Shown: positions 18,964 through 28,687 of the stretch, one piece after another | Position numbering within the stretch: the stretch's first letter is position 1 | Layout of the letters: every line of letters starts with the position of its first letter | DNA from: Mosigvirus mar005p1 | Sequence record: OZ035759.1 | Strand: one strand, 5' to 3' | Length of the DNA: 64,000 nucleotides | The notes under the pieces: generated by a model | The model's input: only the letters and a program-made list of their open reading frames with translations | Told to the model about the DNA's origin: nothing | Database searches by the model: none | Program-made: the position numbers and the translations under genes

Positions 18964-19258
18964 TATAAATTCTCTTTAAATGAAAATGCAGGACTTATTG
19001 GCATTGCCTGCGCAAGCCCTCAAGGGGAACATAGGTTTTGGATATTTAACGACAGGATAACCATAAACCTCGTCATCATACCAACCACGACTTAGACAGA
19101 TAACCTTTTTCTGACGCGTGATAGTACAAAATACATTCAAGAGGTACACCGTAAAACTGCCGGGGTCTTAAAACTATAATGATTCGCAAATCATTAATCA
19201 GACAGTTCGACGGCTCCTCGATTTTCTAGCCGCACTAAGGTAGCGAATCACCTAAAAC

Positions 19259-19507
19259 TTATTTAAGGGTAATAACAAAATGACGTACTGCTTTACGAGC
19301 TGCAGAAGCCAAAGGCTTAGCATATTTCAGTTCATCTTTTGCTTCCAGTTCAGAGGCCAAAGCTGCCTGTACCGGGTTCAGATGTTTGAAATATCGCAGG
19401 ATTTCAAGAGCTTCGGCTTCAACATCAATAGATGCGCCATAGTTTTCATGACCATTATTCCATGCGTTTCGTTGCAGTTCAAGAGCGTGTTGTAATTGTT
19501 TAATCAT
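19259..19507 (-). CDS. rIII: RIII lysis-inhibition accessory protein
   Basis: 82 aa; near-identical to recalled T4 RIII. Confidence 0.9.
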   Translation of the reverse strand: MIKQLQHALELQRNAWNNGHENYGASIDVEAEALEILRYFKHLNPVQAALASELEAKDELKYAKPLASAARKAVRHFVITLK

Positions 19508-19623
19508 TTTAAATTCTCAATTCGAGATAATATTTAGTAGCCACGTTCGTCTGAATTTCACTTCCTTTCGACAAGTCTCTCAGTTGTAGGCTACCGCTTA
19601 GAAGAGTGTTCTCTTCATATAGT

Positions 19624-19631
19624 TATTTATA
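19624..19631 (-). promoter_or_regulatory. late promoter box TATAAATA (minus strand) between gene 31 stop and rIII
   Basis: plus tatttata. Confidence 0.45.
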
Positions 19632-19964
19632 TCACTTATAAAGACACGGAATAGCTTTATAGTGGCATGTTACGAATTTCTGTTTAATTTCTTTAGGTTG
19701 TTTAAGTCCCAAAGCCACAAATGGATGCGGAACATTTCGAATTTGTCCAACTGGTAGTGGAGTCAAATCACCGACTTCAACAAAACCTTCAGGAACATCA
19801 GGACCTACAGAATGAACTACACATAGTTCAGGAACTTCACCTTGAACACGTTTACCAATCACAAGTCCTGATTCGGTAACTTCTTCATCACCTGCTTGAG
19901 CGGGTTCAGAAACCAGAATGACGTATTCACCAACAGCACGAATTGGGAGTTGTACTTCAGACAT
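19632..19964 (-). CDS. 31: gp31 co-chaperonin (GroES analogue)
   Basis: 110 aa; near-identical to recalled T4 gp31. Confidence 0.9.
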   Translation of the reverse strand: MSEVQLPIRAVGEYVILVSEPAQAGDEEVTESGLVIGKRVQGEVPELCVVHSVGPDVPEGFVEVGDLTPLPVGQIRNVPHPFVALGLKQPKEIKQKFVTCHYKAIPCLYK

Positions 19965-19994
19965 CTTATTTCCTTGTTGTTTGACGATAGATTA

Positions 19995-20019
19995 ATAATA
20001 CCATACTATTCGTAAAGCA
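19995..20019 (-). promoter_or_regulatory. middle promoter (MotA box TGCTTTA, 12 nt, TATTAT; minus strand) upstream of gene 31
   Basis: plus taaagca 20013..20019 and ataata 19995..20000. Confidence 0.5.
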
Positions 20020-20021
20020 TA

Positions 20022-20330
20022 TTACATAAGAAGCAAACGTTCTACCGGAGTACCATCAACCGAAATTACTTTATCAAGGCGGAAAGAACGCCACTGACCT
20101 AACTCGGTATCGAATGCTCGAACTGATTCACGAGGTTCAGAACGAACTTCTGTTGCTGGATTTCTATTTTCATATTTGACTTCAAGTTCATCACGGGAGG
20201 CAAACATCGTACGAACATCACCGTTAGCCTTTTCAAATACAACACAATGAACGCCTACAGACAGAATAGTTTTAATACGTTCACGAAGAACCATAGTTTC
20301 TTGTTCAGTTAAAATCATATTATTCACCAC
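20022..20330 (-). CDS. 31.1: 31.1 hypothetical protein
   Basis: 102 aa; T4 synteny. Confidence 0.55.
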   Translation of the reverse strand: MVNNMILTEQETMVLRERIKTILSVGVHCVVFEKANGDVRTMFASRDELEVKYENRNPATEVRSEPRESVRAFDTELGQWRSFRLDKVISVDGTPVERLLLM

Positions 20331-20901
20331 AAAAGTTTCGAATTTGTTCCCAATTCAGAGAACGAAGATTATTACGAGAGTACTGAATTACTTCAATACC
20401 AGCTTGTTTAAGAATGTCTGTCCAATTTTCAGGAGACCGGTCATATAATTCTGCATATACAACCTTTTTAATGCCTGACTGTGTGATAGCTTTAGTGCAA
20501 TCAGGACACGGAGAAAGCGTAGTATATAACGTAGCACCTTCAATAGAATTACCTTTACGAGCAGCAAACAAAATTGCATTCAATTCCGCATGGATTTCGT
20601 TATTAGCAGACCATGCACTATGAGCGGCCCGATGTTCTTTAGCCAAAACAAAATTATCTGCCCGTCCAAATGCTGTAGTGCCTTCTTTATGCCCAGCAAC
20701 GATGACCGGGCTTGGTTTATTCTTCAACCAACCTTGTTCGGTAGCATGGTCACAACAGTTTGTACCACCTGAAGGAGACCCATTATAACCCGTAGAGATA
20801 ATGCGCCCATCTTTTTCAATGACGGCACCAACTTTCCATGAACAACATTTTGATTCTTGAGAAATCAGATATGCAATCTGAAGGTATGTGCTAGCTTTCA
20901 T
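20320..20901 (-). CDS. cd: dCMP deaminase
   Basis: 193 aa; HAELNA and PCxxC zinc-binding deaminase motifs. Confidence 0.9.
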   Translation of the reverse strand: MKASTYLQIAYLISQESKCCSWKVGAVIEKDGRIISTGYNGSPSGGTNCCDHATEQGWLKNKPSPVIVAGHKEGTTAFGRADNFVLAKEHRAAHSAWSANNEIHAELNAILFAARKGNSIEGATLYTTLSPCPDCTKAITQSGIKKVVYAELYDRSPENWTDILKQAGIEVIQYSRNNLRSLNWEQIRNFCGE

Positions 20902-21893
20902 TATTGAACCTTATTAATATAAGTTAACAGCTCTTTAGTTTGTTCCCAACTGATGCACGCATCGGTAACGGAAACGCCATAGGACATATTATCAGAAATT
21001 TTTTGATTTCCTTCATGTAGGAATGATTCTATCATAATTCCTTTGACCAAATCATTAGCTGCTAAATTTTTACCAATACCAATTTGATTGCTATAATGCC
21101 CAGCAGCGTTTGCATGGCTACAGTCAACCATTACATAATGATTCAGACCTACTGCACTTGCTTTGTTAGAAGCTTCTTGAATATCAGAAGAATGATAGTT
21201 CGGGCCGTTGGTCCCGCCACGCAATACGATATGCGTATTCTGATTACCTTCAGCTTCAACAATGCCTACAGTACCATCGACGTCCATACCCATATACCGA
21301 TGAGGCCAGGCGGCACTATACATCGCGTCTGTAGCTACTTTAATAGAACCATTGGTTGCGTTCTTGAAGCCTACGCACATCGGTAGACCTGAAGCAATTT
21401 CACGATGTGTCTGACTTTCAGTCGTACGGGCGCCAATAGCAACCCATGAGAAAATACCAGAAAGATACTTAATCGTGAATGGGTCTAATACTTCAGTTGC
21501 TAATGGAAGTCCCATACGTAGAAGTTTACGACACAATGTTCGTGCAACTATAAGACCGTGGTTCATATCAAAACTTCCGTCAAGATATGGATCATTTACA
21601 AGACCTTTCCAACCTACGGTAGTTCGAGGCTTTTCAAAATAAACGCGCATCACTAACAGAACATTAGGAAGACGAGTTTGAAGTTCAGCCAGACGTTTGC
21701 CGTATTCAACAGCAGCAATAGGGTCATGAATTGAACAAGGACCTACAACAATAAGTTTGCGTGGGTCTTCACCGTTCATAATCGAATTAACTTGTTCGCG
21801 ATGAGAAGCCACTTGTGATGCGTAAGCTTCCGACAAAGGAATAATCTCAGCCAGTTCTTTTGGAGAAATAAGTTTTCCGACGACAGGTAACAT
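20901..21893 (-). CDS. class I 3-deoxy-7-phosphoheptulonate (DAHP) synthase, AroG-like; not present in T4
   Basis: 330 aa; GPCSIHDP, VYFEKPRTTVGWKGLVNDP, GARTTESQ motifs, near-identical to E. coli AroG motifs recalled from memory; ATG overlaps cd stop. Confidence 0.85.
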   Translation of the reverse strand: MLPVVGKLISPKELAEIIPLSEAYASQVASHREQVNSIMNGEDPRKLIVVGPCSIHDPIAAVEYGKRLAELQTRLPNVLLVMRVYFEKPRTTVGWKGLVNDPYLDGSFDMNHGLIVARTLCRKLLRMGLPLATEVLDPFTIKYLSGIFSWVAIGARTTESQTHREIASGLPMCVGFKNATNGSIKVATDAMYSAAWPHRYMGMDVDGTVGIVEAEGNQNTHIVLRGGTNGPNYHSSDIQEASNKASAVGLNHYVMVDCSHANAAGHYSNQIGIGKNLAANDLVKGIMIESFLHEGNQKISDNMSYGVSVTDACISWEQTKELLTYINKVQ

Positions 21894-22013
21894 AACAATC
21901 CTTAGGAGATATAAACAGATTCTGATTCAACAATACCTTTAACCGGATTAGACAGGCTAAGTTGGTAGTGCTCAGATTTATGACCATTCTCGATAGTAAT
22001 GAGATAGCTCTCA

Positions 22014-22250
22014 TTATAGTGTTCCATATACTCGAGTTGCTTCAACTAAACCGTCACTGCCTAATTTAAGGCTAGTAATCTGGTCACCATCTTTAGGATT
22101 AACGATTATGAGAAAAGAACGTGGAGATTCTTGAATAACTCGTAATGTTGCATCCTGGAAACGTTCAGACACTTTATTGATGAGTGCTTGAGCAAATTCT
22201 TTTACTTTAATCTGAAATTCGTGTACTGTAATTGGATTTTCACTTAGCAT
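22014..22250 (-). CDS. hypothetical small protein (cd.x region)
   Basis: 78 aa ORF preceded by an early promoter. Confidence 0.45.
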   Translation of the reverse strand: MLSENPITVHEFQIKVKEFAQALINKVSERFQDATLRVIQESPRSFLIIVNPKDGDQITSLKLGSDGLVEATRVYGTL

Positions 22251-22278
22251 TTCGATTTCCTCATTTGTTGGTAGAGTT

Positions 22279-22309
22279 ATAGTATCACAACTCCACCATG
22301 TTGTAAACC
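22279..22309 (-). promoter_or_regulatory. T4 early promoter (GTTTACA N18 TACTAT, minus strand)
   Basis: plus atagta 22279..22284, tgtaaac 22303..22309. Confidence 0.5.
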
Positions 22310-22310
22310 A

Positions 22311-22586
22311 TTAAATTGCTTTGCATTCAATTTTTTGTGTACCGAAATTGATATCACATTGGATAACTAAATCGCCGTCAAGATCAAATACCACTATGAC
22401 GTGTGCAGACCCAGGGAGAAGAGTAATAGCAATAGAATCTACTTGGTCTGGGAGCAAAGCATTGAGTACATGAGTTAGTTGAGCATGAACTCTGAGTTCG
22501 GCTGCATTATCAAGCACTTCAAACATATTATTAGCAATAATCTGACTGAAGACTACCTTTACAATTTCAGAATAAGTTGGGAACAT
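22311..22586 (-). CDS. hypothetical small protein (cd.x region)
   Basis: 91 aa ORF. Confidence 0.45.
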   Translation of the reverse strand: MFPTYSEIVKVVFSQIIANNMFEVLDNAAELRVHAQLTHVLNALLPDQVDSIAITLLPGSAHVIVVFDLDGDLVIQCDINFGTQKIECKAI

Positions 22587-22593
22587 AATTACC

Positions 22594-22818
22594 TCAGTGT
22601 ACAGTATTTACTTTAACTCGAACAACAAATCGCTCGGTCGGTTCACCTACAGGAACAAACTCTACATGATATTCACCTTTGTAACGAGTATTCAGATCAT
22701 TACGAATTCCTGCGAGTTTGTTGATTAATGTAGGACTCATATTAAGTCCCACTAGTTTACGAAGCATTTTGTATGCTTCATCTTCGATTTCATGATGTTT
22801 ATCGTACATAGTTTTCAT
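22594..22818 (-). CDS. hypothetical small protein (cd.x region)
   Basis: 74 aa ORF. Confidence 0.45.
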   Translation of the reverse strand: MKTMYDKHHEIEDEAYKMLRKLVGLNMSPTLINKLAGIRNDLNTRYKGEYHVEFVPVGEPTERFVVRVKVNTVH

Positions 22819-22989
22819 TTAACCATTCAATTGCTTGGTCGACGTTATCAAATATACCACCGTCCAAACGTTCTTCATGCTCATAGTCCAGCACATCAAT
22901 ACCGAACTGTCCATTTACTAAAGGCCAGGCTACAAACAAATATTCTTTATGCTGTTCGATGGCCTCAATCACTTCATATAATCGTTTCA

Positions 22990-22990
<1 letters not shown>
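22799..22990 (-). CDS. hypothetical small protein (cd.x region)
   Basis: 63 aa ORF coupled to pseT. Confidence 0.45.
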
Positions 22991-24076
<1,086 letters not shown>

Positions 24077-24077
<1 letters not shown>

Positions 24078-24376
24078 TATTTTATTCCTAAGAAAGTTTC
24101 AAGAATACGAATGTTATGCTCGCGCCGGTCTTTATTAATTTCAGCAACGTTTTTATTAATTGACGTACTTCTAACGTTTGAAGAAATAAATTTAATCATA
24201 TGACTTTTGAGTTGTTGCAAATCCAACCCTTTTTCTTTAGCAGCTTTACGAAGAGCTTTACCTGCTTCATCTAGTGCTTTTGCCGCATCTTTATCATAAT
24301 TGCCAAGTGACATTCCGCGGCAGATATCAATATACTCATCAGACCGTTTGACGTAATTCTCTAGTAATGTTTTCAT
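24077..24376 (-). CDS. pseT.2 hypothetical protein
   Basis: 99 aa; early promoter upstream. Confidence 0.5.
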
Positions 24377-24404
24377 TTAGATTTCCTCAATTATCCATAG
24401 GAGC

Positions 24405-24435
24405 ATTATACTCTGCTCCCGAGAGTTTGTAAACT
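24405..24435 (-). promoter_or_regulatory. T4 early promoter (GTTTACA N18 TATAAT, minus strand)
   Basis: plus attata 24405..24410, tgtaaac 24429..24435. Confidence 0.55.
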
Positions 24436-24658
24436 ATTTTACTAAAGATTCAATATACTCATGAAGAGCTTTAGTCGCTACTGCCCACTTATTCTGATAT
24501 TCATTTTTCAGATTAGCACGAGACTGAACTAACAAGCGGTCATTAGTCGGAGGCAAAGATTCTAATCGTTGAATCTGGCGCCCATAAATCATAGCCGCCA
24601 TTTCAGATTCATAGATAAGCCCTTTAATGTATTCATGCTGTTCTTTAGTCATTGGCAT
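24434..24658 (-). CDS. pseT.3 hypothetical protein
   Basis: 74 aa. Confidence 0.45.
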   Translation of the reverse strand: MPMTKEQHEYIKGLIYESEMAAMIYGRQIQRLESLPPTNDRLLVQSRANLKNEYQNKWAVATKALHEYIESLVK

Positions 24659-24939
24659 TTTTCCTCTTTTAAACCACTACGATAATAACATAACATAGTC
24701 TTCTGGTCATGTATATATCTTTTTACGTCGTTTAACCAGATACGAAATTCTTGAGAGTCTTCAAATGGCATTCCAACCCACGGATTACCATCAATAACCT
24801 TTACTTGCCATTTCTGGTTGTATTCGGAAATAGGCGTAGGCCATGAAGGATGTAAAGTTTCTTTAGGGCTTACTGGCACATCCTGAGTACATCCAACTAG
24901 GAGACCAATAGATAATACAACTGCGGTTAATTTAATCAT
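24649..24939 (-). CDS. predicted small lipoprotein
   Basis: 96 aa; N-terminal MIKLTAVVLSIGLLVGC signal peptide with lipobox. Confidence 0.5.
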   Translation of the reverse strand: MIKLTAVVLSIGLLVGCTQDVPVSPKETLHPSWPTPISEYNQKWQVKVIDGNPWVGMPFEDSQEFRIWLNDVKRYIHDQKTMLCYYRSGLKEEKCQ

Positions 24940-25292
24940 TCCGAGAGCTTCCTGAGGTCTTCTGCAAAGGAATCGAAGGACCTGTTGATTTGTTTTTCGA
25001 CCAATCCTGGCTTACTTGCCACCACGTTCTTCTTCTTCGAATCCTTACGGAGCTTTTCATTTTCAGCCTTAAGTTGGTCAACTAAAACACGGTTCTTATA
25101 AGTCATTTCTTCGATTGACTGATATTGAATCTTGAAGTCGTCTAATACTTTAGCATTGTTTTTAGCAGTCTCTTTAACAGAAGCCAATTCAGTATTCAGC
25201 GAATCGACTTTATGGTTCAGAAATGCTATTGTTACAGTAGCAACAACTGCAAAAGCTGCCACTACAATATATGATGCATTTACTTTAAGCAT
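24936..25292 (-). CDS. predicted membrane-anchored coiled-coil protein
   Basis: 118 aa; N-terminal hydrophobic helix followed by charged heptad-like region. Confidence 0.45.
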   Translation of the reverse strand: MLKVNASYIVVAAFAVVATVTIAFLNHKVDSLNTELASVKETAKNNAKVLDDFKIQYQSIEEMTYKNRVLVDQLKAENEKLRKDSKKKNVVASKPGLVEKQINRSFDSFAEDLRKLSE

Positions 25293-25780
25293 GTTTGAAT
25301 AATCTCAATGATTTCGTCTCGGGATAATCCATTGATAAGAACTGTTTTAGGCCCGTCAGTTTGGATTTTGTATGATTCAAACAATACACACAACTCTTCT
25401 GCTGTATGATATGGGCTTGAGATTCCGAGACGGTTGAATTTGTCGGTAAGAGGGTCGCAAATAATATAGAATTTGATACCTGCGATATGTACGTTTGGTT
25501 GACTAATATTAATGAACACATTAGCGTCATATTTAGTCAAATTGTTTTGAAGAAATTCTACCATAGCATTAACTGCTTCTGGCATCGCTTCGCGTTTCTC
25601 TTCAGCGTATCGGGTTGAATACTCTTTTTGTTTTACTTTCTTTTTAAGATTTTTGGCCAGTGTAACACGTAGGTCAGTAAGATAACCAACTGGACGTCCT
25701 TTCTTAAAGACCCGGATTCCGTCAGTTGTGTCTCCAAAAGCGTTTACGACCATATCGTTAGTAATCAATTGCATATTCAT
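25280..25780 (-). CDS. alc: Alc (transcription termination on cytosine DNA); start at internal Met with GAGGAGAAAATT spacer, track ORF began at 25822
   Basis: 166 aa; T4 synteny between pseT.x and rnlA. Confidence 0.55.
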   Translation of the reverse strand: MNMQLITNDMVVNAFGDTTDGIRVFKKGRPVGYLTDLRVTLAKNLKKKVKQKEYSTRYAEEKREAMPEAVNAMVEFLQNNLTKYDANVFINISQPNVHIAGIKFYIICDPLTDKFNRLGISSPYHTAEELCVLFESYKIQTDGPKTVLINGLSRDEIIEIIQTCLK

Positions 25781-25809
25781 AATTTTCTCCTCGTGTTGTT
25801 GATAAACCC

Positions 25810-25840
25810 ATAGTATCACCATCCTTGGTGTTTGTAAACC
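25810..25840 (-). promoter_or_regulatory. T4 early promoter (GTTTACA N18 TACTAT, minus strand) upstream of alc
   Basis: plus atagta 25810..25815, tgtaaac 25834..25840. Confidence 0.5.
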
Positions 25841-25841
25841 G

Positions 25842-26975
<1,134 letters not shown>

Positions 26976-26982
26976 TCAGTTA

Positions 26983-27013
26983 GTTTTTTTAAATTGTACC
27001 ACAATCCTTGTGG
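26983..27013 (-). promoter_or_regulatory. T4 early promoter (GTTTACA N18 TACAAT, minus strand) upstream of rnlA
   Basis: plus attgta 26983..26988, tgtaaac 27007..27013. Confidence 0.5.
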
Positions 27014-27021
27014 CGTGTAAA

Positions 27022-27432
27022 CTACTTTTTCTTATGTTGGATATTCCAAGGCGGGTTGAACTTTTTGATAAAAAGCGGTTCTTCAAGGTCCATTGTTGCG
27101 ATGGTCATTGAACCAAGTTCGTTGGTGACTGAAAGGTCAAAACATTGGCGGGCCCAGAATTCAACCTTTTTGCCTTGCATTAAGGCATCCAAAATCATAA
27201 GTGATTTTCTTGAATCTGAAGTCTGGTCTTTTCGATTTATGGCTGTTCGATAATAGTTAATGCGTTTCTTTAAATTCTTGGTTTTACCAATATACACAAG
27301 TTCGTCATCTATAGCAATAGCATATATGACATTTTTCTTATTAGGGACATCAACTGTTTTAATTGTTGCATCTTCTAATAGCTCCAATTCTGTATATTTA
27401 ATAAAGGAATATTCGGCGGCGATATCTTTCAT
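27022..27432 (-). CDS. denA: endonuclease II (GIY-YIG family)
   Basis: 136 aa; near-identical to recalled T4 DenA. Confidence 0.9.
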   Translation of the reverse strand: MKDIAAEYSFIKYTELELLEDATIKTVDVPNKKNVIYAIAIDDELVYIGKTKNLKKRINYYRTAINRKDQTSDSRKSLMILDALMQGKKVEFWARQCFDLSVTNELGSMTIATMDLEEPLFIKKFNPPWNIQHKKK

Positions 27433-27440
27433 AATAAAGT

Positions 27441-27454
27441 GGGACCGAAGTCCC
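27441..27454 (-). promoter_or_regulatory. UUCG-tetraloop hairpin (GGGAC UUCG GUCCC) immediately 5' of the denA start codon
   Basis: perfect 5-bp GC stem about 8 nt upstream of ATG 27432. Confidence 0.4.
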
Positions 27455-27458
27455 GTCC

Positions 27459-28637
27459 TTAGAAATATTTTTTGTATGAATTGATTACATTTTGGTCTAC
27501 ATCATTATCAATTTGTGCGACAAGATAAGAACTGATTTCAACTTCCTGAGGAGCTGCTTGAACTAAATCAGAGTTCAGATATTCACGAATCCAAGGATAC
27601 GGATGCTTGGTCGGAGCATCAGTGATTGGGCATGGCAAACCACACTGTTTCATACGAGACACAGTCAAGTAATCAACAAAAGCGCACATACTCTGCGTAT
27701 TGATACCTGGACATGTACCATCTTTAAAGAGGTGTGCAGCCCATTCCTTCTCTTGACTATTTACTTCCATAAAAATGTCAACTGCTTCTTGTTCACATTC
27801 TTTAGCAATTTGAACCCACTCATCACCGTCAGTACCAGATTGAAGTTGACGGATAATGTACTGAGTACCCTTGAGATGGAGTTGTTCGTCACGAGCAATG
27901 AACTTCATAATCTTTGCATTACCTTCCATAATTTCCATATTTTTATGGAAGTTGAAAGTACATGCAAATGATACATAAAAACGAATAGCTTCTAAGGCGT
28001 TAATAACGTGTAAGCAGAGATAAAGAGACTTCATTAATGCACGTTTACATTCTTCCACATGCATAAGACTATTTGAATATGCATCCAAATCATATTCATT
28101 TTCGGAAAAACATTTAAAAATTTCTTTAGCATTTTCCCATTCACGTGTTTTAACTAGAACATCATCATAATATTTGCCGATTGATTCCGCACGTTTCATA
28201 ATTGCTTCATCTAATACAATCTCATCAAATACCTTCGATGGATCAGTATAAAGATTTCGCATGATATGAGTATATGAACGAGAGTGAATGGTTTCACTGA
28301 ATGTCCATGTAGCAACCCATGTATCTAATGAAGGGTCGGAAAGCAATGCCATAAGTACCGCAGATGGTGCCCTGCCTTGGATAGAATCCAATAATGATTG
28401 ATACTTAAGGTTGTTCGTAAAGATGTTCTGTTGGAACTGTGGAAGCTTATTGAACTGCGCAGAGTCCAACATCAAGTTTACCTCTTCAGGGCGCCAAAAA
28501 AATGACAATTGCTTTTCAATAAGCTCTTCAAAAACTTTATGGCGTTGAATATCGTAACGCGCCAGACCAAGACCGGAACCAAAGAACATTGGTTCATTCA
28601 AAACATCAACTTTTTGGGTATTAAAAACTGTACTCAT
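27459..28637 (-). CDS. nrdB: ribonucleotide reductase small (beta) subunit; uninterrupted (no intron)
   Basis: 392 aa; continuous ORF; T4 synteny. Confidence 0.95.
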   Translation of the reverse strand: MSTVFNTQKVDVLNEPMFFGSGLGLARYDIQRHKVFEELIEKQLSFFWRPEEVNLMLDSAQFNKLPQFQQNIFTNNLKYQSLLDSIQGRAPSAVLMALLSDPSLDTWVATWTFSETIHSRSYTHIMRNLYTDPSKVFDEIVLDEAIMKRAESIGKYYDDVLVKTREWENAKEIFKCFSENEYDLDAYSNSLMHVEECKRALMKSLYLCLHVINALEAIRFYVSFACTFNFHKNMEIMEGNAKIMKFIARDEQLHLKGTQYIIRQLQSGTDGDEWVQIAKECEQEAVDIFMEVNSQEKEWAAHLFKDGTCPGINTQSMCAFVDYLTVSRMKQCGLPCPITDAPTKHPYPWIREYLNSDLVQAAPQEVEISSYLVAQIDNDVDQNVINSYKKYF

Positions 28638-28687
28638 TATATTCTCTCAATAGTGACTCATCCATGAGTCAATTATAAACAAAATTC

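Noticed and set aside
18964-19258. Possible tRNA or CRISPR element in the long spacer
   Set aside because: No cloverleaf with a GTTCRA T-loop and matching acceptor stem could be built by eye; no direct repeats with spacers; left as an open finding.
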